From Macrostomum hystrix (Eukaryota > Animalia > Platyhelminthes): a stretch of 64,000 nucleotides of DNA. Position 1 is the first letter of the stretch; each line of letters starts with the position of its first letter. This document shows positions 1-11,851 of the stretch, piece after piece. Both the position numbers and the translations under genes were made by a program. The notes under the pieces were generated by a model. It did no database searches. It saw only the letters and a program-made list of their open reading frames with translations, and was not told the origin of the DNA. The stretch is from positions 9,238,001 through 9,302,000 of the forward strand of contig CATNEN010000002.1 in assembly GCA_950097015.1 (NCBI GenBank), read 5' to 3'.

Positions 1-270
1 ATTGAAATGTTCAACTGCCTGACGATGAGAAAGGCACACAGATGTACACCTGTGTGAGTGTGGGCCTGCGTACAGCATCTGTGTGAGTGTGTGCCTGCGT
101 ACAGCATCTGTGTGAGTGTGGGCCTGCGTACAGCATCTGTGTGAGTGTGTGCCTGCGTACAGCATCTGTGTGAGTGTGTGCCTGTGTACAGCATCTGTGT
201 GAGTGTGTGCTCAGGAGTCAGCGAAATGGTCAGATTTGCCACCTCGCTGGAAAATAATGTGCCATTGCCC
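1..270 (+). mobile_element. 3' part of dispersed SINE-like family B with an internally amplified 30-bp unit (ctgtgtgagtgtgtgcctgcgtacagcat, about 5 copies)
   Basis: aactgcctgacgatgag...tcaggagtcagcgaaat is shared with 52560-52790, and the start also matches the reverse complement of 59730-59830. Confidence 0.55.
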
Positions 271-1039
271 ACAGCCCTCCTGCTATTATTACAATTATTT
301 TTAAGAAAGACGGTCTGCTAAACTAACATTTTGGTCCGCGACTCAGTAGTCTCATTGTTAAAATCTCAAAATCTCACCCATCGATTCGTGGAAATCGCGT
401 GCCATCAACCAAGTAATCAAATAAAGAAGCAAAGAACAAAGACGCGATTTTCAGTAATTTTCAATTCACCATTAAAACTGATAAAAAGTGAAGTCGATCA
501 GATAATGATGGAGCTAGTCTGTGACCTGTGACGGCTAATGGGTAATGCAATGTGGGGATTTCAAGTCTGGGACCAGACACCGGAGCGAAAGTTAAACAAA
601 ATCGACTGCAGAAATCAATCAATCAGGGAGGCCGAAATTGAAACAGGACTAATGCACAGCTTGGCACATTGCTAATTGTTCGCTAAATTTGATCCGACTG
701 CTCTCAGAAAAAATATCTACTTGCATAGAATAAAATGATGAGCACAGATTATATAAAGTTAGCTTGTTGCGATCCGTTGAAGTATTTGTTTGGTCCTAAA
801 ATATGAGCAATCAATAAATAATAATATGATAAAAAGCAGAAACTACAAACTAAAGACAATCATCAGACCTTGGAAACTGAGGAAACACAAATACCTGAAC
901 AGGGCGGACTACAAAACACCATTTGCCCACTGGAAGCATTGTTTGTTGAAGTTATGGATGGCTGCATGATCCTATTGCAAAACAATGGTATAGCAGAAAT
1001 ACAAGATAAACAAAGTAGAATAACAGTGCGTGTCACCGT

Positions 1040-1520
1040 GAGCTGGTTGTGACTGAGCAGACTCGAAATCTAATGCTAAATGATGGTAGACTCGAAATCT
1101 TATATTATGGGATGGTAGACTCGAAATCGCAATCTCAGGGAGAGTAGACTCAAAATCTCACCCTCAGGGAGACTCAAAATCTCAACCTCAGGGAGACTCA
1201 AAATCTCAACCTCAGGGAGACTCAAAATCTCACCCTCAGGGAGAGTAGACTCAAAATCTCAATCTCAGGGAGAGTAGACTTAAAATCTCAACCTCAGAGA
1301 GAGTAGACTCAAAATCTCACCCTCAGGGAGACTCAAAATCTCACTCTCAGGGAGACTCAAAATCTCACTCTCAGGGATAGAAGACTTAAAATTCTCAAAC
1401 TCAAGACAGAAGACTAAAAATCTCAACCAAAAGCTTGAAGACTCAAAGTCTCACCCGTAGGTATATTGGACTCAAAATCTGAACCTCCAGTATGGAATAC
1501 ACAAAATCTCACCCCCGGGC
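1040..1520. repeat. Degenerate 26-31 bp tandem repeat (gactcaaaatctcaccctcagggaga) downstream of PDIA5
   Basis: About 15 visible copies of actcaaaatctca, decaying at both edges. Confidence 0.85.
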
Positions 1521-1727
1521 TTTGGCCTCTAATTTTGGGTGATTGCGGGTGGACCCAGTCAGTCAGCAACACTAGTCAAGGTGCTTGTGGCCAGGAGAAA
1601 AAAACAAAGGAAATTGCTTTGGCTAAGAAACAATTCAACTAAAAATATACAGATCCTGCAGTCAGCAACTGCTGTGGAAGCTAACAGAAATTTAATCTCG
1701 GTCAGACACAGATGACGAACGATGGAA

Positions 1728-4700
1728 TCACAGCTCGACCTTCTCCTCGCTGGTCATGTACTTGACAAACCCGGCGGCATCTCTGGCGCCACTAAAGTCG
1801 GCTGGCCGCTTGCCGAAGTAATAGTGCTTGAAGGTGGGGTAGCCACTCACCCCCTCAGTCTGGCACAGGGCGGAGTTGTCCCCGCTGGTGCAGTCGACGG
1901 CTGCCAGCGCTGACTTCGGCGACGAGGCGGCGAGATCGGCGGCCGCCTTCGAGAACTCCGGCTTGGCGCGCTTGCAATGGCCGCACCCTGCGGACAGGCA
2001 GAGGGCGGGTGGCGGATGAAGGGAGAGAGCGGAAAACAGGTTGGGAGAGGCTGAGTACACTTCTAGGTAGAGCCCGAATGGGTTGGTTAGGGTTAGGGTT
2101 AGGGTTAGGGTTAGGTAGGGAGAGGGCGGATAAGGAGGCAGGGGGCGGAAAGAAGGCAGGCTGGATAGAAGGCAGGGGCGGATAGGGGCGGATAGAAGGC
2201 AGGGGCGGATAGGGGCGGATAGGAGGCAGGGGCGGATAGGAGGCAGGGGCGGATAGGAGGCAGAGGCGGATAGGAGGCAGGGGGGCGGATAGTAGGCAGG
2301 GGGGCGGATAGGAGGCAAGGATGATCGGATAGGAGGCAGGGATGAGCGGATAGGAGGCAGGTGCGGAAAGGATTTATAGGGGGCGGATAGGAGGCAGGGG
2401 CGGATAGGATTTAGGGGGGGCGGATAGGATTTAGGGGGGCGGATAGGATTTAGGGGGGGCGGATTGGAGGCAGGGATGAGCGGATAGGAGGCAGGGGCGG
2501 ATATGAGGCAGGGGCGGATAGGAGGCAGGGGCGGATAAGAGGCAGGGGCGGATAGGAGGCAGGGGGCGGATAGGAGGCAGGGGGCGGATAGGAGGCAGGG
2601 GCGGATAGGAGGCAGGGGCGGATAGGAGGCAGGGGCGGATAGGAGGCAGGGGGCGGATAGGAGGCAGGGGGCGGATAGGAGGCAGGGGCGGATAGGGGCG
2701 GATAGGAGGCAGGGGCGGATAGGAGGCAGAGGCGGATAGGAGGCAGGGGGGCGGATAGGAGGCAGGGGGCGGATAGGAGGCAGGGGGGCGGATAGGAGGC
2801 AGGGGGCGGATAGGAGGCAGGGATGAGCGGATAGGAGGCAGGTGCGGAAAGGATTTATAGGGGGCGGATAGGAGGCAGGGGCGGATAGGAGGGGGGGCGG
2901 ATTGGAGGCAGGGATGAGCGGATAGGAGGCAGGGGCGGATATGAGGCAGGGGCGGATAGGAGGCAGGGGCGGATAGGAGGCAGGGGGCGGATAGGAGGCA
3001 GGGGCGGATAAGAGGCAGGGGGCGGATAGGAGGCAGGGGCGGATAGGAGGCAGGGGCGGATAGGAGGCAGGGGCGGATAGGAGGCAGGGGCGGATAGGAG
3101 GCAGGGGCGGATAGGAGGCAGGGGGCGGATAGGAGGCAGGGGGGCGGATAGGAGGCAGGGGGCGGATAGGAGGCAGGGGCGGATAGGAGGCAGGGGCGGA
3201 TAGGAGGCAGGGGCGGATAGGAGGCAGAGGGCGGATAGGAGGCAGGGGGGCGGATAGGCAGGGAGACTTTCGGCTGTCTCACAGGGCGCGTAGAACATGA
3301 CGAGAGTTCGCCGCTTTTTCTTGAGAAAGTCGGCAAAGTCGGCCTGGGCCAGGTGGTGCACGTGGCCGGGCTCCTGGGACCAGGGCACCTCCACTGGCGG
3401 CGGCGGCGGCTCTTTCGGACTGGTGTGGAGGGAGGGAAGAGGATGCGCAATCAAAGGCCACAACAGCTACTGCAAGTAGTGCAAATAGCAAATAGGTCAT
3501 GCAAAAGCAGACTTACTCCTTCATGAATTCCACAATTTTGTCTTCTGTTCGCTCATTAAAATCGAATTTGTATTCGGCATTTCTGGAATGATTGACAAGT
3601 GAAATGAATGATCAAATTCCTGTCTTGTCAATACAGCTATGTGCTAATGCTAAAAGCTTAACACACAATTTATATCAAGGGTAAAAACAGCCAATAGATT
3701 TTCAATAAATACAAAAATATTCAAGCACCAAGCGGGAAAGGTTAAATGCTATTGACTACTTGCGGGGTTAAATTTATCCAGTAGTGAGAATCGCATTATA
3801 GCCAAAAATAGAAATTACAGGAAACTTACTGGAAATATTTTACTGAAATGGAGAGAAAATATATTTAGATAAACAAATTTGAGAATGAAATCCTGTGTGA
3901 AATATCAATGAACACTTTAAACATTAACAGCAGTTTCCAAGATGTCAAATTAAAGTTATCTTAGCCATCAAGAACAGATATTAATAAGTTTGATTTCAAA
4001 TACCAAACAGTTAAGGCAATTGAGGCAAGAGCATTATGAGCATGACAGATTGTAGGATAATCAACTTGCACTGTGCATCTGACACCCCAGTCACTAAGAA
4101 TCTGACACCCAGTCACTAACCATCTGACACCCCAGTCACTAAGAATCTGACACCCAGTCACTAACCATCTGACACCCCAGTCACTAACCATCTGACACCC
4201 AGGCACTAACCATCTGACACCCCAGTCACTAACCATCTGACACCCAGTCACTAATCACCTGACACCCCAGTCACTAACCATCTGACACCCCATTCCCTAA
4301 CCATCTGACACCCCAGTCACTAACCATCTGACACCCCATTCCCTAACCATCTGACACCCCATTCCCTAACCATCTGACACCACAGTCACTAACCATCTGA
4401 CACCCAGTCACTAACCATCTGACACCCCAGTCACTATCCATCTGACATCCCAGTCACTAACCATCTGACACCTCAGTCACTAACCATCTGACACCCCATT
4501 CCCTAACCATCTGACACCCCATTCCCTAACCATCTGACACCACAGTCACTAACTATCTGACACCCAGTCACTAACCATCTGACACCCTGCAGTCACTAAC
4601 CATCTGACACCCCAGTCACTATCCATCTGACATCCCAGTCACTAACCATCTGACACCTCAGTCACTAACCATCTGACACCCAGTCACTAACCATCTGACA

Positions 4701-7700
4701 TCCCAGTCACTAATCACTTGACACCCCAGTCACATTCCATCTGACACCCAGTCACTAACCATCTGACATCCCAGTCACTAATCACCTGACACCCCAGTCA
4801 CTAACCATCTGACACCCCAGTCACTAACCATCTGACACCCCAGTCACATTCCATCTGACACCCAGTCACTAACCATCTGACATCCCAGTCACATTCCATC
4901 TGACACCCAGTCACTAACCATCTGACATCCCAGTCACTAACCATCTGACATCCCAGTCACTAACCATCTGACACCTCATCACTAACGCTGCGCAAATGAC
5001 AGCCAACTGAGCTAGGGTCTTCGCGCCAGCGGACTCACCTGATGGAAAGCCGGTGACCTTGAACTGCTCAGCAGTTTTCCGATACTTGGTGGCGTCAACA
5101 GCGGCCAGTAGGCCGGAAACGCCCAGCAGCTTCAGCTGCTGAGCCGCAGCTTGGTAGGCCGGCTTCATGGCCTTGCAGTGCCCGCACCCTGCAGCGGGTT
5201 CATTGTGATCAACTTAGAGTAAGAAACAAATATGGGATCCTGGAGATGAAAAAGGCGGCGGTCTCAAACTGGGGATCTGGGAGGATGGCAGTCTCAAACT
5301 GGGGATCTGGGAGGATGGCAGTCTCAAACTGGGGATCTGGGAGGATGGCAGTCTCAAACTGGGGATCTGTACTTACAAGGCGCGTAGAACATGACCAAGG
5401 CGGAGCTCTGCTGGGCCAGAGTGGTCACGAAGTTGTTGTCAGTGAGGAATTTCACATCAGGCGACTCCTCGGACCAGTCCTTCTCCGGCTCCGGCGCCTT
5501 TGGCGGCTCCGGACTGCAAAAGAAAGTCAATGAAGGCATTTGGCTGATTTCTGAAGGCCATGAAGGATAGGTGGAAACAGACACTGAAGGATCGGTGGAA
5601 ACAGACACTGAAGGATCGGTGGAAACAGACACTGAAGGATCGGTGGAAACAGACACTGAAGGATCGGTGAAAACAGACACTGAAGGATCGGTGGAAACAG
5701 ACACTGAAGGATATGTGGAAAGAGACACTGAAGGATCGGTAGAAACAGACACTGAAGGATCGGTAGAAACAAACACTGAAGGATCGGTGGAAACAGACAC
5801 TGAAGGATATGTGGAAAGAGACACTGAAGAATCGGTGGAAACAGACACTGAAGGATCGGTGGAAACAGACACTGAAGGATCGGTGGAAACAGACACTGAA
5901 GGATCGGTGGAAACAGACACTGAAGGATCGGTGAAAACAGACACTGAAGGATCGGTAGAAACAGACACTGAAGGATCGGTGGAAACAGACACTGAAGGAT
6001 ATGTGGAAAGAGACACTGAAGAATCGGTGGAAACAGACACTGAAGGATCGGTGGAAACAGACACTGAAGGATCGGTGGAAACAGACACTGAAGAATCGGT
6101 GGAAACAGACACTGAAGGATCGGTGAAAACAGACACTGAAGGATCGGTGGAAACAGACACTGAAGGATATGTGGAAAGAGACACTGAAGGATCGGTAGAA
6201 ACAGACACTGAAGGATCGGTGGAAACAGACACTGAAGGATATGTGGAAAGAGACACTGAAGAATCGGTGGAAACAGACACTGAAGAATCGGTGGAAACAG
6301 ACACTGAAGGATCGGTGAAAACAGACACTGAAGGATCGGTGGAAACAGACACTGAAGGATCGGTGAAAACAGACACTGAAGGATCGGTAGAAACAGACAC
6401 TGAAGGATCGGTGGAAACAGACACTGAAGGATATGTGGAAAGAGACACTGAAGAATCGGTGGAAACAGACACTGAAGGATCGGTGGAAACAGACACTGAA
6501 GGATCGGTGGAAACAGACACTGAAGAATCGGTGGAAACAGACACTGAAGGATCGGTGAAAACAGACACTGAAGGATCGGTGGAAACAGACACTGAAGGAT
6601 ATGTGGAAAGAGACACTGAAGGATCGGTAGAAACAGACACTGAAGGATCGGTGGAAACAGACACTGAAGGATATGTGGAAAGAGACACTGAAGAATCGGT
6701 GGAAACAGACACTGAAGAATCGGTGGAAACAGACACTGAAGGATCGGTGGAAACAGACACTGAAGGATCGGTGGAAACAGACACTGAAGGATATGTGGAA
6801 AGAGACACTGAAGAATCGGTGGAAACAGACACTGAAGAATCGGTAGAAACAGACACTGAAGGATCGGTGAAAACAGACACTGAAGGATCGGTGGAAACAG
6901 ACACTGAAGGATCGGTGAAAACAGACACTGAAGGATCGGTAGAAACAGACACTGAAGGATCGGTGGAAACAGACACTGAAGGATATGTGGAAAGAGACAC
7001 TGAAGAATCGGTGGAAACAGACACTGAAGGATCGGTGGAAACAGACACTGAAGGATCGGTGGAAACAGACACTGAAGAATCGGTGGAAACAGACACTGAA
7101 GGATCGGTGAAAACAGACACTGAAGGATCGGTGGAAACAGACACTGAAGGATCGGTGAAAACAGACACTGAAGGATCGGTAGAAACAGACACTGAAGGAT
7201 CGGTGGAAACAGACACTGAAGGATATGTGGAAAGAGACACTGAAGAATCGGTGGAAACAGACACTGAAGAATCGGTGGAAACAGACACTGAAGGATCGGT
7301 GGAAACAGACACTGAAGGATCGGTGGAAACAGACACTGAAGAATCGGTGGAAACAGACACTGAAGGATAGGTGGAAACAGACACTGAAGGATATGTGGAA
7401 ACAGACACTGAAGGATAGGTGGAAACAGACACTGAAGAATCGGTGGAAGCAGACCCTGAAGGTTTGGAAGCAGACCCTGAAGGTTTGGAAGCAGACCCTG
7501 AAGATTTGGAAGCAGACCCTGAAGGTTTGGAAGCAGACCCTGAAGGTTTGGAAACAGACCCTGCAAGTACAGTGTTCGGTGAAAACAGACCCTGAAGGTT
7601 CAGTGGTCGGTGAACACAGAACCTGAGGAACGAATGGAAACAACTGAGCAGCTTTTAGCCTAGAAATGCCTTCAGTCCTGTGCTGGAAGCACAGAATATT

Positions 7701-10648
7701 CCATAAGCCGGGCAACAACAAGCAAGTGATAAGCACTAAATAAACGGAACTCACTTTTTAAGCCAGCTCAGAATGCCATCCTTTGTGAATGAGCCACTGT
7801 AGAGAATGGGAGTGTTATCTCTGCAAAGTGGAATGTAATTTGTGAATGAGCCACTGTAGAGAATGGGATTGTTATCTCTGCAAAGTGGAATGAAATTTCA
7901 AATTCCAAGCAAATCTGTTATAAAAAAAAAAATCGAAGTCACCAAGCAAGTTAAAGGGGCTGGCAGGCGCTCACTTGATGTACATAATGGTCGGGTAGCC
8001 TGTAATGTTGAAGGCCTGCCGGATGCCCGCGTTCTCTTCCGTGTCGACGTTCATCGCTGCCAGCACCTGGGAGAGGATTTTTTGCAGTTTTAGTTCAACT
8101 GAGAGCATAGATGGCACTAAGACAGCCAAAGCCACAAGCAAAAAGGACTGAATTAAATAGATAGATTTCTGCAATCAGTGAAACGAAAGAACAACAATAT
8201 CCAGATGAGCAATCTCACAGCTCCTTTGACTTCGGCAGCAGCGGCGGCATACTCTGGTTTCATACGCTTGCAATGACCGCACCCTGCGATGATAATATGG
8301 GTCAGTTAGATTAGTGCAAACTGATCAATTAAATCAATATATTTATTAACAAGGGCTTTACATGGAGCGTAGAACATCAGCAGAATAGGCGTTCGGGCGC
8401 GCTTGAAGAAGTTCATCATTTCCTGGAAAAGTTTAAATTTATTGGCTGGTACTGATAGGCTCTGCATTTTTTTGAAATTGCTCTCCAATTAACTCACCGC
8501 CTGGTTGGCCAGGTGGGCAACACTAACGGCTGTAGGCTCCTCCTCCCACGGAATGTCACCGGTTGGATCCTCCAGGAAGGCTTTCAAAGACTGAAAGGAC
8601 ACGAGATTCGGAGTCGGTTTCCTAGAAAAATCTGCTTTCTAAAAAACTAATTTCCTAGAAAAAACTAAACAGAATATTATTGATGACTCACCTTGGCAGT
8701 CTTCTTGCGATTGTAGTTTACATTAAACTTTCCATCCCTGATAAATAATTGATTTGATTGTGATATTAATTCTAAACTGAAAGCAATAAACACATTTTAT
8801 ACAACTTACTTAAAGTGCTGCAGAAGCACTGGGTTTGGATCGGCCTTAAAGTTTTTGCAGGTTTTCTTGTCGGCACTGAAACAAATAAATGCTTATAATT
8901 AATAAATGAACTATAAATTAGCAGTCAGTTAACAGTTATTCAGTCCATGGACTGAGAGGGTGCCGCTACAAACCCACCTAAATTTCAATTTTAAGTGCTT
9001 TACAAAGTGGTTTAACGCTTTTGCCCATCTAGTCCCTGAGCTTGATTATGCTGCAAAGCAACATTCATTTGGTGGCAGCTGTCAAGAAAATGCTTGGGGG
9101 CTTTTCGTTGTCGTGCAATCTACATCCTTGAGGGCCAAACTCCAGGGCACAATTTAAGTGTGCACACTGATTGACGAGGATAAAGTCAGGGAATATGTGC
9201 ATACCCTGTGTGAGCATGCGCCTGCATACAGTATCTGTGAGTGTGTGCCTAAGAGTCATTTAGAGAATTTATGTTTGCCCTCATGCAAACATTACAATTA
9301 GAACCAAAGTATATTTTCTCATGACTTAAAGTTAGAGCTCCAGACATGCAGACCAGATGTCGAACCTGTTGTAAAACCTCCATAGACCCTCGATAGTGAT
9401 AATATTAAAAAAAAGCTTGCCTGCAATCCACTTTCACAATGCTGGCCCTTCCAATCATCTGGTCAGACACTTCAGTGAGAATTTGATTCCAGTCTGAGGC
9501 AGAGTCTCCTAAAGCAAAATAGTTAAATAAAAAACTGTTAGCTAAATGGACAAGAAGTTTCTCAATATAATTAGTCGAAGGTATACTTAGAGGTCACTCA
9601 CTCTTTTTCTGGAAGACAAGCAGAACATTATTGTGTGACTTGAGTACTCTTTTTAGCTCTTTCAGGTTACTGATTGATGTTACTGATCCTAGACCTGCCT
9701 AAAATTTGTGAATAATTGGTACTCATTTAGAAATTAGTAAGCAGATAAACAAAAAGACACTTTCAAATGGAAAACTACTTACTGTCTGCAAGCAGCATAT
9801 TAGAAATTATATGTATGTGCATTTTTTGCAATATTGACTTATCTAAGGTAAATTTTGTAGCATATATATTTATATATGAAAATTTTATCACAAAAACAAA
9901 CATAATTGTTTTAGTGACTACTTAATTACTAAATGTGTTCTTCATAGTCATTGGTTTTGAAGGAAAAATATAACAAATAAACATATAAGTAGACCAAATT
10001 AAAAAAAATTATAGATTTATCTAGCTTTATATACCTAAAAAAAATTCTTACATGAAATTCCAGAAGCTACATTTATTTATGATACATTTGAACAAAACTG
10101 GCTATAGCAAATAGTTGCCTAGAACCTAGTATAGCTAGTACCTAGTATTCAAGTTAGTCTATTTGGAGACTGCAAAAGCTGTTATACATAGTAGGCTTGT
10201 TGCCATTTAACAACTTTATAGATAATTTTTACAGCTAATATTAATAAAGCGTAAAAATATATTATAAACTTTGTTTATAAAATTATGCTTATTAATATTA
10301 GCTAGCTAAAAAGGCAAACAATGACTATATAGGCCTATAGCTATAAATAAAAGCAGTAAGTAGCTAGCAAACAGAGATATCAAAAATTTTTACTTGCAGC
10401 TGGATAATCAGCTAATCATTTATATTAAGTTATGAAAAAAACATTTCAAAGGTAGGCCTAGGCTGCTTACATCTTACTGTCACATTATCTGATTAGTGGG
10501 TCAAACCGAACCAAAATAGATAAGGCTACTGAACAAACGCCTTACTCGTATGCAAGTAACACCAGTAGAAAAAAAAACTTACATTATCAGCATTGTTTAT
10601 GCTAACTAGACTGGCAAACAAAAAAATCACAAAGGTACCAAACAACAT
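1728..10648 (-). CDS. PDIA5: Protein disulfide-isomerase A5 (PDIR), 16 exons, about 500 aa
   Basis: Exons in transcript order: 10583-10648, 9602-9698, 9421-9508, 8810-8875, 8692-8737, 8498-8590, 8362-8422, 8219-8283, 7975-8066, 7755-7820, 5377-5513, 5039-5188, 3830-3842, 3517-3582, 3283-3419, 1728-1987 (1503 nt, frame closes). Signal peptide MLFGTFVIFLFASLVS, a b-type domain (LKRVLKSHNNVLLVF; AFLEDPTGDIPWEEE), three MFYAPW-CGHC thioredoxin domains and a C-terminal KVEL ER-retention-like signal. Colinear with human PDIA5 as I recall it. Confidence 0.93.
2087..2115 (+). repeat. Interstitial telomeric repeat (TTAGGG)4 plus a partial copy
   Basis: ttagggttagggttagggttagggttagg in the last PDIA5 intron. 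Confidence 0.85.
2120..3260. repeat. G-rich 18-20 bp minisatellite (gcggataggaggcagggg), about 60 copies, PDIA5 intron 15
   Basis: Direct inspection. It generates the spurious PPIRPCLLSA ORFs. Confidence 0.95.
4078..4985. repeat. About 23-bp minisatellite (catctgacacc(c)cagtcactaac), about 39 copies, PDIA5 intron 12
   Basis: Direct inspection. Confidence 0.95.
5255..5370. repeat. 30-bp tandem repeat (ggcagtctcaaactggggatctgggaggat), 4 copies, PDIA5 intron 11
   Basis: Direct inspection. It fills most of a 188-nt intron. Confidence 0.95.
5560..7600. repeat. 24-bp minisatellite (ggtggaaacagacactgaaggatc), about 78 copies plus a degenerate 21-bp tail, PDIA5 intron 10
   Basis: Direct inspection. 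It generates the 600-765 aa artefactual ORFs in several frames. Confidence 0.97.
9060..9262 (+). mobile_element. SINE-like family B body/tail fragment in PDIA5 intron 3
   Basis: gcttgggggct...gtcgtgcaat...agggccaa matches the reverse complement of 49260-49310; the tail (gcatacagtatctgtgagtgtgtg) matches 40-210 and 52670-52720. Confidence 0.55.
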
Positions 10649-11851
10649 GTTTTGTACCGGTAACGAAATATTTCTAGCTAGGGTTATGCTCTACAAATGA
10701 AAGCAATTGCTACAAACAGAATACACTGAACGAAGTAAACAAACGTTCGGAGGAAGTGATAGTGATAATTCAGATTACAGGAAACATATCGAAGGGTTAT
10801 TATTAGAGTTTAAAAAATAAATGTTAAAACAAATAAACTTATTACTTATCCTAGCGTATCAGTAAATATTTATAATTTATACATTATTTTTATGAATTTA
10901 TAACGTGATATAAATTATTTAAGTATGCAGTCCTTCGAAATAAAACTGTAATCATACACGGTGAATACACGCAGGACAAAGAAAAGCTTTTGTGTTAAAA
11001 CAAATAGTATATTATTATTATTATTTTAATGCATAGTTTGCATACCAAGCGTACATTTCATTATCGCTTAACTTTTTAAAAGATTTTTTAGGCTGTAGTT
11101 GCATTTTGGTTTCTGCAGTGACATTGTATATAAAAATATTTAAAACGCTTGTGTTTTCCGGATATTCCGAGATACAACCTCACCTTTTCGTCACGTACTA
11201 AATACAAAGTAAGCGAGTTGAAATAGCGACTTTTTCAGGCTTGCACAAGTTTCACAAATATGCAAACATTGTGTGTTGTAAGTCCTAAGGAAGCGAAGCA
11301 AAGCTGCTGTTCCTCTGACAAAGAAACCTTGATTGTTTAGTGTTTTGAAGGCTAATAGTTGCAACAAACTAAACTCTGTCTATGATATTATTTGCATATT
11401 ATGTTATTTGCAATAATATTTGCAAACGCTTGTGTTAAAGTAGTAGAATTCCTAGATGCAGTCAGTTATGCTGAAAGCTACGCTCGGAGCTATTTTATTG
11501 TCTTCATTTTAAATGCTATTATTCGTATATGTCTGTGATTTTATTTACTTTTTTTAAAGAGGGCTGGCCGCAGCATAGCACACATAGCATGTTAAATTTA
11601 TTATATACTTAGGCCTGTTATTATATATTAGGGTATATTAGGGTATATATATTAGGTCTTATATATTAGATATTAGCAAAGTATCAACATATGTAAGAGA
11701 GGGTTCAATAGATGCCTAGAATGTTATTCTTCTATAGCTTTTAGCTTACAGTTCTTATTAAAAATATTCGCAACATGTTTTACAGATCAAGGTGAGAATC
11801 TAGCCTTGAAAAAACTACACGCATCAGTTCGTGACAGCAAAGTCTGCCGAA
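10649..11851. promoter_or_regulatory. AT-rich head-to-head intergenic region, putative bidirectional promoter of PDIA5 and the Hillarin-like gene
   Basis: The two start codons diverge about 1.2 kb apart. No specific motif was identified; this is a positional inference only. Confidence 0.35.

Noticed and set aside
2431-3463. Pro-rich PPIRPCLLSA ORFs
   Set aside because: Read-through of the G-rich intronic array; only 3283-3419 is a real exon.
5354-7754. ORFs of 599-765 aa in several frames (mucin-like SVSTDP, ETDTEG and others)
   Set aside because: These are translations of a stop-free 24-bp array inside a GT-AG intron. Retaining the intron gives an immediate AAG TGA stop in the PDIA5 frame.
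11786-11791. Possible 6-nt micro-exon (cag|ATCAAG|gtgag) or trans-splice acceptor before the Hillarin-like start
   Set aside because: The downstream intron would be only about 36 nt and leads to a stop; it cannot be tested from sequence alone.
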